Below, one piece after another: positions 13,770 through 27,400 of a DNA stretch of 64,000 bases. Under the pieces are notes generated by a model that saw only the letters and a program-made list of their open reading frames with translations, ran no database searches and had not been told where the DNA came from. The first letter of the stretch is position 1. Each line of letters begins with the position of its first letter. This stretch comes from Macrostomum hystrix. Lineage: Eukaryota; Animalia; Platyhelminthes. The position numbers and the translations under genes are program-made. Location: NCBI GenBank assembly GCA_950097015.1, contig CATNEN010000039.1:7068001-7132000 (forward strand). Direction: 5' to 3'.

Positions 13770-15178
13770 TTCTCCAGTTGTGTCACTCTCCAGTTCTGTC
13801 ACTCTCCAGTTCTGTCACTCTCCAGTTCTGTCACTCTCCAGTTCTGTCACTCTCCAGTTCTGTCACTCTCCAGTTCTGTCACTCTCCAGTTCTGTCACTC
13901 TCCAGTTCTGTCACTCTCCAGTTCTGTCACTCTCCAGTTCTGTCACTCTCAAGTTCTGTCACTCTCCAGTTCTGTCACTCTCCAGTTCTGTCACTCTCCA
14001 GTTCTGTCACTCTCCAGTTCTGTCACTCTCCAGTTCTGTCACTCTCCAGTTGTATCACTTTCCAGTTGTGTCACTCTCCAGTTTTGTCACTCTCCAGTTG
14101 TGTCACTCTCCAGTTCTGTCACTCTCCAGTTCTGTCACTCTCCAGTTTTGTCACTCTCCAGTTCTGTCACTCTCCAGTTCTGTCACTCTCCAGTTCTGTC
14201 ACTCTCCAGTTGTATCACTTTCCAGTTGTGTCACTCTCCAGTTTTGTCACTTTCCAGTTGTGTCACTCTCCAGTTATGTCACTCTCCAGTTCTGTCACTC
14301 TCCAGTTCTGTCACTCTCCAGTTCTGTCACTCTCCAGTTTTGTCACTCTCCAGTTCTGTCACTCTCCAGTTCTGTCACTCTCCAGTTCTGTCACTCTCCA
14401 GTTCTGTCACTCTCCAGTTCTGTCACTCTCCAGTTGTATCACTTTCCAGTTGTGTCACTCTCCAGTTTTGTCACTCTCCAGTTGTGTCACTCTCCAGTTC
14501 TGTCACTCTCCAGTTCTGTCACTCTCCAGTTTTGTCACTCTCCAGTTCTGTCACTCTCCAGTTCTGTCACTCTCCAGTTCTGTCACTCTCCAGTTGTATC
14601 ACTTTCCAGTTGTGTCACTCTCCAGTTTTGTCACTTTCCAGTTGTGTCACTCTCCAGTTATGTCACTCTCCAGTTCTGTCACTCTCCAGTTCTGTCACTC
14701 TCCAGTTCTGTCACTCTCCAGTTTTGTCACTCTCCAGTTCTGTCACTCTCCAGTTCTGTCACTCTCCAGTTCTGTCACTCTCCAGTTTTGTCACTCTCCA
14801 GTTCTGTCACTCTCCAGTTGTGTCACTCTCCAGTTGTGTCACTCTCCAGTTGTATTACTTTCCAGTTCTGTCACTCTCCAGTTCTGTCACTCTCCAGTTC
14901 TGTCACTCTCCAGTTCTGTCACTCTCCAGTTCTGTCACTCTCCAGTTGTATCACTTTCCAGTTCTGTCACTCTCCAGTTGTGTCACTCTCCAGTTGTGTC
15001 ACTCTCCAGTTGTATTACTTTCCAGTTCTGTCACTCTCCAGTTCTGTCACTCTCCAGTTCTGTCACTCTCCAGTTCTGTCACTCTCCAGTTCTGTCACTC
15101 TCCAGTTTTGTCACTCTCCAGTTTTGTCACTCTCCAGTTGTGTCACTCTCCAGTTTTGTCACTCTCCGCATGTCACTC
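13770..15178. repeat. 16-bp minisatellite (~88 copies)
   Basis: Unit CAGTTCTGTCACTCTC; 16-aa periodicity in all three + frames. Confidence 0.95.
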
Positions 15179-16189
15179 TAGGAATTCAGATATAACTCTT
15201 ACAAATACTTCCTTTCACTGCAATTTTTGCATAGCTTTTGTAGCCACCCTATAAGCCGCATCTGACCCCAGAGATTGCCGGATCAGAGGCTCATTGTGTC
15301 CTGCCCAGTTACCGTCATCATCTGTCACAGATGGGTGGAAATGAAAGCAGTATGAATCTCTCAGCTGACAGGCGGCCATTCTCTCTGTCTCCAGTGTTTA
15401 CAAGCTTTTCTGTTCAGAGGAAAAACTTGGGCGTCATTAATCAGGCAACGACTGGTTGTCATGGAAACAAAGTACATTAGCGAATAAAAGGTATCCGAAA
15501 ATATGCCCAAAACCAATTTTTTCGGTGAATTGTCAAAAAAAGCCGACATAATAAACGAAGATTATAGCTGAATTTTAGTTTTCATTGTTAATATAAATGA
15601 GTACAATACTCCCATTGCTATGTTCAATGTCAACGGAATCAATCGGGCAGGTGGGCAACAGGTTCTGTGTCGGACTTTCAGTTTTCCAGGCGTGTAAAAT
15701 AGGTTAGCAACAGCAGCACCAGTAGCAGCTGCGGCAGCGAATGTAGCAGCGGCGAATTCTAGCATTAGCGTAAAGGCTTACACTTTGCTATAGGCATCCT
15801 AGGCAGTCAGGCAGCTACAAAAGGCCCCCTTTCCATGCCTGGGGACAAGTTGTCCTGGCGGCTACTGCGGAGGTGTTGCCACCTGGGTCATAAACTATCG
15901 GCTCTGTCCCTCCCTGTCTCTGTTTGGTTAGTATTTTTCTGCTGGTTCGCTTGTCTTTTCAAGCGACATGCTTTGCCATGGAGCCGCTGTGCACTTACTA
16001 TTCCGAATACCGAGATGTTTAGGCCAGCGCTGCTGCCCCAGCAGCTAACATTGTTGTTTGCGCTGAACAAAACTGTAGGAAGCAGTGAAATATCTTCTTT
16101 AGGCGGGGATAGCACAGTTGGGTTGGGGGCTTTTAGTTGAAGTTTTACGACAAAACAGGTAAAAATATCCCCAAGGCTGCAAGGTTCAA

Positions 16190-17318
16190 GATAGAAGACA
16201 GGGGTAGAAGATAGGGGGTAGGAGACAGGGGATAGGAGACAGGGGGTAGGACACAGGGGGTAGAAGACAGGGGTAGGATACAGGGGGTAGGATACAGGGG
16301 GTAGGATACAGGGGGTAGGAAACGGGGGGTAGGATACAGGGGGTAGGAAACGGGGGGTAGGATACAGGGGGTAGGAAACGGGGGGTAGGATACAGGGGGT
16401 AGGATACAGGGGGTGGGAAACGGGGGGTAGGATACAGGGGGTAGGATACAGGGGGTAGGATACAGGGGGTAGGATACAGGGGGTAGGATACAGGGGGTAG
16501 GATACAGGGGGTAGGAAACGGGGGTAGGATACAGGGGGTAGGATACAGGGGGTAGGATACAGGGGGTAGGATACAGGGGGTAGGATACAGGGGGTAGGAA
16601 ACGGGGGGTAGGAGACAGGGGGTAGGATACAGGGGGTAGGAAACGGGGGGTAGGAGACAGGGGGTAGGAAACGTGGGGTAGGATACAGGGGATAGAAGAC
16701 AGGGGTAGGATACAGGGGGTAGGATACAGGGGGTAGGATACAGGGGATAGGATACAGGGGGTAGGATACAGGGGGTAGGATACAGGGGGTAGGATACAGG
16801 GGGTAGGATACAGGGGTTAGGATACAGGGGGTAGGATACAGGGGGTAGGACACAGGGGGTAGAAGACAGGGGTAGGATACAGGGGGTAGGATACAGGGGG
16901 TAGGAAACGGGGGGTAGGATACAGGGGGTAGGAAACGGGGGGTAGGATACAGGGGGTAGGATACAGGGGGTAGGATACAGGGGGTAGGATACAGGGGGTA
17001 GGATACAGGGGGTAGGATACAGGGGGTAGGATACAGGGGATAGAAGACAGGGGTAGGATACAGGGGGTAGGATACAGGGGGTAGGATACAGGGGGTAGGA
17101 TACAGGGGGTAGGATACAGGGGGTAGGATACAGGGGGTAGGACACAGGGGGTAGAAGACAGCGGTAGGATACAGGGGGTAGGATACAGGGGGTAGGAAAC
17201 GCGGGGTTGGATACAGGGGGTAGGAAACGGGGGGTAGGATACAGGGGGTAGGAGACAGGGGGTAGGAGACAGGGGGTAGGAGACAGGGGGTAGGAGACTG
17301 GGGGTAGGAGACAGGGGT
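16190..17318. repeat. 14-bp G-rich minisatellite (~80 copies) just upstream of the GluCl start codon
   Basis: Unit GGGGGTAGGATACA. Confidence 0.95.
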
Positions 17319-17464
17319 TAAAGACGGAGAAGGATATAAGCGAAGTGGCTGCAGAAACCTCAGCGGAAATGACAGAGAAAGAGAAAGCAGAACCAATTAG
17401 AAAATTTACAATTGAATATTTTTCTTTCGTTTTTATTTCTCCAGTGAGTCGCAATAATAATAAC

Positions 17465-20400
17465 ATGAGTGCTTCACCGCTGCTGCTGCTGCTTTTGCTG
17501 CTGCACCTTCAGCTGATGACTGCGCCCTCGGAAGCCGCAGCCAGCTCAGCTGAGAATGCGTGAGTTTGAACCTTGGCCTGCAGCCGTGTAGCAACAAGTT
17601 TTCTAGGAATAGCGGTGGAATTTTGCGCAACCACTAGAAGTTTTGCATGTCTCGGTGACCAGCTGAACTAAAGCAGACAGGCATGTCTTTTGGCCATAGA
17701 CTATCAGCAGTGTTTTTTGGCATTTAATGTGCATCGAAGTCCCGAATATTTTATGTACTCTCGTTGCTCCGTTATGGCGGAGATTATTATCGGGAGAAGT
17801 TTCCTCCAAGGACCACTAGAAGAAGATGCTTCTTGGAAATTTAATAAAGGCTTTTCACATTAAAAAGTTATCAACATTTAACAAAGTTCCTATTTGGCTA
17901 GTGCATTTTTTCGTGAAAATCAGCCCTTAATAAATTTTCCAAGAAACGAAGCGTCCCTTTCTTCTTCTTCTAGTGGTCCTTGGTTTCCTTGCCTAAAAAG
18001 ACCTGCCTACTTCATGGTAGCTCCCAAGCCGAACGCCCGATTTGCGTGAAGGTCCTATCAAACTTTCAAAGCCGTCCGATTCAGCATCGTCAAGATATTC
18101 AGCGATTCCTGTCGGAGACACTAGTGACAAGGATAAAAAACAGCTCTATGTGAACCTCTATGGCAGGGGCGAGTGGGTCAGCGGCTAGCGTCGCTGCCTC
18201 GCACTCCAAAGGACGCTAGTTCGATTCTCCCTTCAAGTCACGATTAATTTCGGGACTTGTTGGAGGGTTTGGACAGTAGCGACCGGCGGAGGTACACCAT
18301 ATTTCGTGCAATCAAAGCTTGAAATAATAGCTTCGCTCCTACCTTCTGTGTGCCTGTTCTGCGTTGTGTGAGTTGTGTGCGTTGGCGCTGGGGCTTGAGG
18401 CCTTGCGGGGGGTGGCTGGGGGCGGGTGTACACCGCCGCGCGCTTTCTGGACTTCCGTCAGCGCGATTGGATAAGTGCACACTTATCACCCCCCTGTGGA
18501 CTGATTTCTTATCAGACTTCCGCCCGTCTTGGTCTGCTCTGTGCGTGTGGGGCTGGGGTGGGGGGCACTGCTGCCTATTCTGGGTGCCTCCTGCCCTCCC
18601 CGGCTGGTCTGTGCTGTTCTGTGTGGTGCCTGCTCAGGGGAGGCGGCGCGATGGGCGCTAAGCGCCTAAGTTCGCCGGTCTGGGGGCATGCCGCTCCGTC
18701 GCTTGTGCGACAAGTGCCCTGGGCCCCTGCAAATAGATAGAACCTCTATGGCGAACCCATACTGGTTAAAAAATGAAGTCACTCCGACGAGAATCGTTGA
18801 ATATCTTGACGATGCCGATTTTTTATGATTTAGGAAGGTTTTTTAATCGGATTTAGCGGAAAATTTTTGCTCATTTTCTGGATTTTCATGGCGATTGGTT
18901 GAATATTTTAGAAGATACAGAATAAGACGTAGGTATTTAAAATACCCTCGTGGTTAAAGTCACCTTGCAGTGAAAGCCGAATTACTTAAAATCAACTCAC
19001 ACACAATCTGTCTAATTTAATTTACCAGTGTAACGCTGTATTACTTCATGTTCACAATTGCACAATGCTTATGCCTGTCTCGCCGAGCACCATGCACTGC
19101 AGAATTTAGTTTCCAAGTCGATTTCGAAAAGGTAGATGAGTAAATCGAAGCTTTTGTTTTATTGGACTCGTTTGCGGTCATTATCCTCGCCCTACCTGAT
19201 TTCAGTCGAAAAAGTGACGGCCTGGTGTAAGCTGAATTACGAATGAGAATCATTCTGACTGTTCAACAAGTTGCAGTGACAGCCAGTTATAGCCTAGAGA
19301 ACTGATTAGCATTGTGCAACAGTTTCTGCTGAAAATTACTGCTCACACTATATTATCTCTGCTATGCTAGACTTCACTAATGCACTTCTGCTTTCTATCA
19401 AACTTATTTTTTGTTTGTTTCTTGCTAGAATAACTCAGGCGGTCCAACGCAGAGCTCCTCATAGTTAGGTATTGGGGCTGACTAACAGGCTAGAAATTAT
19501 GTCTAACAGTTTTGGAATTCTTGTCTAACAGGTCTGGAAGTCTTGTCTAACAGGTTAGAAATCATGTCTAACAGTTTTGGAATTCTTGTCTAACAGGTCT
19601 GGAATTCTTGTCTAACAGTTTTGGAATTCTTGTCTAACAGGTCTGGAATTCTTGTCTAACAGTTTTGGAATTCTTGTCTAACAGGTCTGGAAGTCTTGTC
19701 TAACAGGTTAGAAATCATGTCTAACAGTTTTGGAATTCTTGTCTAACAATGTTAGAAATCTTGCCTAACAGGTTAGAAATCATGACTACAAATCTTAAAA
19801 ATCTTGTCTAACATGATAGAAATCGTGTCTAACAAAGGTTCGAAATCTTGTCTAACAGGTTCGAAGTCGTGTCTAACAGGATAGAAATCGTGTCTAACAG
19901 GATAGAAATCGTTTTGAACAGGATAGAAATCTTGTCTAACAAAGGTTAGATATCTTGACTAACAATCTTAGAAATCTTGCCTAACAGGTTAGATATCTTG
20001 ACTAACAATCTTAGAAATCTTGCCTAACAGGTTAGAAATCATGTCTAACATGTTGCAAAAATTCACTAACAGGTGCGCGATAAAGTCAAACATTTTGAAT
20101 TCCAAGAAGTAGACATATCGGAATGTATTTCTCATATTTAAGTACTCGTAGCATAGTAAATAATGCTTTTGTTATTATGTTTGTTATTTTGTTATATCCG
20201 TCAATTTAAATCAAGTTCTTTAATGCATCTGCAAAGCCTCAAAATTGACAAACGTATTTTATAACCAATAACACTTAACAGAACAAATAATTGAGTTCTT
20301 TACTACGTTTGTTTTTTTAAACGAGCTTCATTAATTAAGAATCGATTGTGCTTCAAAGTTAGTAGTTGATTTGTGGTGCGGGTTTGCCTGCCTACAGTAA

Positions 20401-23400
20401 TGTACTTCTTCTCAAGTTTTTGAGCTGCACCAATTCAAGCAACTCGACTTCATGATACTCTAATCTCACCCGACATTCCAGCAAGCGGGTTGTTGACAAA
20501 ATGCTGAAGAACTACACGCGACAGAACAGTCCAAACGGAGGTAGGTAATTGCTTTCGTATTTTGTTCTTCATGTTAGAAAGTATTTAGATCACTTTATTA
20601 ATCAATTCCACAGACTCCACAACGACTGTGTACATTGGAATCTATGTGATTGGCTTCTATTCAATTAGTGAGGCGACCATGGTGAGTGAACTGCAGTCAG
20701 CTGTCACAGGACACAGCGGGAATCTAGGATTCACAGAATCTAGGATTCACAGAATCTAGGATTCACAGAATCTAGGATTCACAGAATCTAGGATTCACAG
20801 AATCTAGGATTCACAGAATCTAGGATTCACAGAATCTAGGATTCACAGAATCTAGGATTCACAGAATCTAGGATTCACAGAATCTAGGATTCACAGAATC
20901 TAGGATTCACAGAATCTAGGATTCACAGAATCTAGGATTCACAGAATCTAGGATTCACAGAATCTAGGATTCACAGAATCTCGCCTTTCTCTGCTCTGTC
21001 AGGACTATTCCCTGACAATTTACCTGCGGCTGCAGTGGGCGGATCCCAGGCTTAAATTCAACAGCTCAGAGGTTGGCGGAAAGTCAAAAATCAAGCTCGA
21101 GGACAACATCTGGGAGAAGATCTGGGTGCCGGATGTATTTCTCAGGTAGGAGAAATGCTGGCCATTGCATTTTGATATTGATTGCTAATTTTCATCTCTC
21201 ATTTCCGAATTTTCATCTCCCATATCCGAATTTCCATCTCCCATTTCCGAATTTCCAACTCTTATTTCCATCTCGCATTTCCCAATTTCCATCTCGAATT
21301 TCAGAATTTTCATCTCCCATTTCCCAGTTTCCATCTCCCATTTCTGAATTTCCATCTCCTATTTCCGAATTTCCATCTCCCATATCCGAATTTCCATCTC
21401 CAATTTCCGAATTTCCATCTCGAATTTCTGAATTTCCATCCGAATTTCCCATTTCCCAATTTCCATCTTCCATTTCCGAATTTCCATCTCGCATTTCCGA
21501 ATTTTCATCTTCCATTTCCGAATTTCCATCTCGCATTTCCCAATTTCCATCTTCCATTTCCGAATTTCCATCTCCCATTTCCCAATTTCCATCTTCCATT
21601 TCCGAATTTCCATCTCGCATTTCCGAATTTCCATCTCGCATTTCTGTATTTCCATCTCCTATTTCCCAATTTCTATCTCGCATTTCCAAATTTTCATCTC
21701 CTATTTCAGAATTTCCATCTCCTATTTCCCAATTTCTATCTCGCATTTCCGAATTTTCATCTCCCATTTCCCAATTTCCATCCCCCCTTTCCGAATTTTC
21801 ATCTGCCATTTCCGAATTTCCATCTCCCATTTCCGAATTATCATCTCCCCTTTCCGAATTTTCATCTCCTATTTCCGAATTTCCATCTCGCATTTCAGAA
21901 TTTTCATCTCCCATTTCCGAATTTTCATCTCGCGTTTCCGAATTTCCATCTCCCATTTCTGAATTTCCATCTCCTATTTCCGAATTTCCATCTCCCATAT
22001 CCGAATTTCCATCTCCAATTTCCGAATTTCCATCTCGAATTTCTGAATTTCCATCCGAATTTCCATCTCCCATATCCGAATTTCCATCTCCAATTTCCGA
22101 ATTTCCATCTCGAATTTCTGAATTTCCATCCGAATTTCCCATTTCCCAATTTCCATCTTCCATTTCCGAATTTCCATCTCGCATTTCCGAATTTTCATCT
22201 TCCATTTCCGAATTTCCATCTCGCATTTCCCAATTTCCATCTTCCATTTCCGAATTTCCATCTCCCATTTCCCAATTTCCATCTTCCATTTCCGAATTTC
22301 CATCTCGCATTTCCGAATTTCCATCTCCCATTTCTGAATTTCCATCTCCTATTTCCGAATTTCCATCTCCCATTTCTGAATTTCCATCTCCTATTTCCGA
22401 ATTTCCATCTCCCATATCCGAATTTCCATCTCCAATTTCCGAATTTCCATCTCGAATTTCTGAATTTCCATCCGAATTTCCCATTTCCCAATTTCCATCT
22501 TCCATTTCCGAATTTCCATCTCGCATTTCCGAATTTTCATCTTCCATTTCCGAATTTCCATCTCGCATTTCCCAATTTCCATCTTCCATTTCCGAATTTC
22601 CATCTCCCATTTCCCGATTTCCATCTTCCATTTCCGAATTTCCATCTCGCATTTCCGAATTTCCATCTCGCATTTCTGTATTTCCATCTCCTATTTCCCA
22701 ATTTCTATCTCGCATTTCCAAATTTCCATCTCCTATTTCAGAATTTCCATCTCGAATTTCTGAATTTCCATCCGAATTTCCCATTTCCCAATTTCCATCT
22801 TCCATTTCCGAATTTCCATCTCCCATTTCCCAATTTCCATCTTCCATTTCCGAATTTCCATCTCGCATTTCCGAATTTCCATCTCGCATTTCTGTATTTC
22901 CATCTCCTATTTCCCAATTTCTATCTCGCATTTCCAAATTTTCATCTCCTATTTCAGAATTTCCATCTCCTATTTCCCAATTTCTATCTCGCATATCCGA
23001 ATTTCCATCTCCAATTTCCGAATTTCCATCTCGAATTTCTGAATTTCCATCCGAATTTCCATCTCCCATATCCGAATTTCCATCTCCAATTTCCGAATTT
23101 CCATCTCGAATTTCTGAATTTCCATCCGAATTTCCCATTTCCCAATTTCCATCTTCCATTTCCGAATTTCCATCTCGCATTTCCGAATTTTCATCTTCCA
23201 TTTCCGAATTTCCATCTCGCATTTCCCAATTTCCATCTTCCATTTCCGAATTTCCATCTCCCATTTCCCAATTTCCATCTTCCATTTCCGAATTTCCATC
23301 TCGCATTTCCGAATTTCCATCTCCCATTTCTGAATTTCCATCTCCTATTTCCGAATTTCCATCTCCCATATCCGAATTTCCATCTCCAATTTCCGAATTT

Positions 23401-24348
23401 CCATCTCGAATTTCTGAATTTCCATCCGAATTTCCCATTTCCCAATTTCCATCTTCCATTTCCGAATTTCCATCTCGCATTTCCGAATTTTCATCTTCCA
23501 TTTCCGAATTTCCATCTCGCATTTCCCAATTTCCATCTTCCATTTCCGAATTTCCATCTCCCATTTCCCAATTTCCATCTTCCATTTCCGAATTTCCATC
23601 TCGCATTTCCGAATTTCCATCTCGCATTTCTGTATTTCCATCTCCTATTTCCCAATTTCTATCTCGCATTTCCAAATTTTCATCTCCTATTTCAGAATTT
23701 CCATCTCCTATTTCCCAATTTCTATCTCGCATTTCCGAATTTTCATCTCCCATTTCCCAATTTCCATCCCCCCTTTCCGAATTTTCATCTGCCATTTCCG
23801 AATTTCCATCTCCCATTTCCGAATTATCATCTCCCCTTTCCGAATTTTCATCTCCTATTTCCGAATTTCTATCTCGCATTTCTGAATTTCCCTCTCCCAT
23901 TTCCCAATTTCCATTTCGCATTTCCGAATTCCATCTCCCAGTTCCCTTTGCCACCGCCTTCATTAGAATTTCCATATCCAAATCCAGCTGTCCCGCCTCC
24001 CATACCCACTCTTCCTTTTTCTGCAAGTCCAGGTGTTTCAATTTTCAAAGCTAAAGCAGAGAAGTCATGGCGCGCTTATCACGCAGAGGTCTATAATTTT
24101 GCACTCCAAGCCAGAGCCAGTCCTGATTATTGTGCGGCTCGGAAGTGGACATTGCGGGATGAAGTGGGCGGTTGCTCCCATATCCGGGGTCTAACTGCGG
24201 CCTGCTCCCTGCAGATTAGGAAGGGACGCACACAGGCCCAGGGTGAAACAGTATGCAATGCACACCATAACAGTGCAGAGCGACCGACCGAAATGGCTCC
24301 TTTGATTAAATACTGACAGCTGTGATATTGACACACACACACTCACAA

Positions 24349-24379
<31 letters not shown>

Positions 24380-24391
24380 CACACACACACT

Positions 24392-24434
<43 letters not shown>

Positions 24435-27400
24435 TCACACACACACATAGAGCATAGAAACCCACAACTAACTGTATTTGAGCATAGAGACCCACAACTA
24501 ACTGTATTTGAGCATAGAAACCCACAACTAACTGTATTTGAGCATAGAGACCCACAACGAACTGTATTTGAGCATAGAGACCCACAACTAACTGCATTTG
24601 AGCATAGAGACCCACAACTAACTGCATTTGAGCACAGAGACCCACAACTAACTGTATTTGAGCACAGAAACCCACAACTAACTGTATTTGAGCACAGAGA
24701 CACACAACTAACTGTATTTGAGCATAGAGACCCACAACTAACTGTATTTGAGCATAGAGACCCACAACTAACTGTATTTGAGCATAGAGACCCACAACGA
24801 ACTGTATTTGAGCATAGAGACCCACAACTAACTGTATTTGAGCATAGAGACCCACAACGAACTGTATTTGAGCACAGAGACCCACAACTAACTGTATTTG
24901 AGCACAGAGACCCACAACTAACTGTACGCATTCACTTGAATTTCTACCCCCAGGTAATGCTTGGCACCCATTTCACTAGGGAGCACTAAGGATTTGAGTG
25001 CCTTCTTCAAGGACTTCTTTAAAATTAAGCAAATCTTAAAAAACCGCCCAGAAACGAGAAGAAGGCCGACTTTCACTCTGTGACGATTCCGAATAGATTC
25101 ATGAACCTGGAGAGCAACGGCCTCATCTGGTACGTCATCAAGTGAGTAAAACTTCTAAAAGCCTTCCTATAACGTTAGCTACTGTAAGTAGGTTAGTTAT
25201 GAAGTTTTCTATAAATTTTAATGCCACGAATTTTTACACGATTCCAGACTGTCAATTACTCTGTCCTGCGACATGTACTTAAAGAAGTATCCGCTTGACA
25301 CCCAGTTTTGTCCCATGATGTTTGAGAGCTGTAAGTTTCTGTTCTTGACTCACAATACCGGACTTCTGGTCCTTCACTATGTCCCACAATACCTGACCTC
25401 TGGTCCTTCACTGTGTCCCACAATACCTGACCTCTGGTCCTTCACTGTGTCCAACAATACCTGACCTCTGGTCCTTCACTATGTCCCACAATACCTGACC
25501 TCTGGTCCTTCACTGTGTCCCACAATACCTGACCTCTGGTCCTTCACTGTGTCCAACAATACCTGACCTCTGGTCCTTCACTATGTCCAACAATACCTGA
25601 CCTCTGGTCCTTCACTATGTCCCACAATACCTGACCTCTGGTCCTTCACTGTGTCCCATAATACCTGACCTCTGGTCCTTCACTATGTCCCACAATACCT
25701 GACCTCTGGTCCTTCACTGTGTCCCACAATACCTGACCTCTGGTCCTTCACTATGTCCCACAATACCTGACCTCTGGTCCTTCACTGTGTCCCACGATAC
25801 CTGTACTTTAGTAGGTCGCCCATCACCTGTTCTGTGGGTTTCCCATCATAGAATATCTCCAGGATTTGTTCAGTCACCTGTCTATGGTTCATCCCGCACT
25901 CGACAGTCGGTCACACGATGGACACTGTTGCCTTCAAGTGGCTTCAACCACCGCGCGAGCCATACGAAATCTCAAAGGACGTGTCAATGCCCCAGTTCGA
26001 GCTGAAGGCTGTTCACCTGAAGTCGTGCGATATTAATTACACAACAGGAGCTTATCCATGTCTGGCGATGAGCTTTGAATTGAAGCGCGACTTTGGCTAC
26101 TTCCTCATTCAGGTGGGTTAGCCCGTGTTTTCAAAATCGCTTTTGAATGAGCGTTTGGGATCTGGGGGGTGAGTGGCAAAGTGGTTAACATCGTTCCCTC
26201 TCGCACCAAGGTCCCCGAGCTCGATTCCGCGGTGAGGGTACATTCATTTTGGGCGTAGCCGCGGAGAGAAGGCTTGGGGGGCTTTTCGGGCAATTGACAA
26301 GGCAGAATTACCTCCCCGCTGGCTGCGGGTTTTGCACCACCAAAACTATGTGCCAGTGCTCAAAGCCCACCTGCAAATGGTGAGAGTGATCTCACAGTTT
26401 CACTTATATCCCGCAGATCTACATACCGACCATACTGATAGTGATACTCAGCTGGTTCTCATTCTGGCTCAATGTAGACTCAGTGCCAGGTCGAGTTAGC
26501 CTTGGCTTGCTAACTGGTAAGTTTAGGGCAACCAAGGCACAAGATCTTTGTGACCCTCAATTCGATCACAGTGTGACCCTCAATTCGATCACAGTGTGAC
26601 CCTCAATTCGATCACAGTGTGACCCTCAATTCGATCACAGTGTGACCCTCAATTCGATCACAGTGTGACCCTCAATTTGATCACAGTGTGACCCTCAATT
26701 CGATCACAGTGTGACCCTCAATTCGATCACAGTGTGACCCTCAATTTGATCACAGTGTGACCCTCAATTTGATCACAGTGTGACCCTCAATTCGACCACA
26801 GTGTGACCCTCAATTCGATCACAGTGTGACCCTCAATTCGATCACAGTGTGACCCTCAATTCGATCACAGTGTGACCCTCAATTCGATCACAGTGTGACC
26901 CTCAATTCGATCACAGTGTGACCCTCAATTCGATCACAGTGTGACCCTCAATTCGATCACAGTGTGACCCTCAATTTGATCACAGTGTGACCCTCAATTC
27001 GACCACAGTGTGACCCTCAATTCGATCACAGTGTGACCCTCAATTTGATCACAGTGTGACCCTCAATTCGATCACAATGTGACCCTCAATTCGATCACAG
27101 TGTGACCCTCAATTCGATCACAGTGTGACCCTCAATTCGATCACAGTGTAACCCTAAATTCGATCACCCTCAGCTGCTATACTTATACAGGCACTCAGTT
27201 GCTACTTGTACAGGCACTCAGTTGCTACTTGTACAGGCACTCAATTGCTTACTTGTACAGGCACTCAATTGCTTACTTGTACAGGCACTCAGCTGCTATA
27301 CTTGTACAGGCACTCAGTTGCTACTTGTACAGGCACTCAGTTGCTACTTGTACAGGCACTCAATTGCTTACTTGTACAGGCACTCAGTTGCTACTTATAC

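Noticed and set aside
13733-17466. Long Cys/Pro-rich ORFs in the 16-bp and 14-bp arrays
   Set aside because: Unit lengths are not multiples of three and the same peptide cycles through all frames.
18165-18235. tRNA gene
   Set aside because: The tRNA-like head runs into a 500-bp body flanked by a TSD, so it is a SINE; the same applies to 26164 and 38380.
21073-24316. ORFs of 942-1044 aa on both strands
   Set aside because: Products of a 21-bp array lacking stops in several frames, lying inside a GluCl intron bounded by phase-compatible exons.
26549-27166. CACAGTG (RAG/Transib heptamer) every 23 bp and a TGTGA..TCACA dyad
   Set aside because: No nonamer and no Transib/RAG gene nearby; one chance 7-mer amplified with the array explains it.
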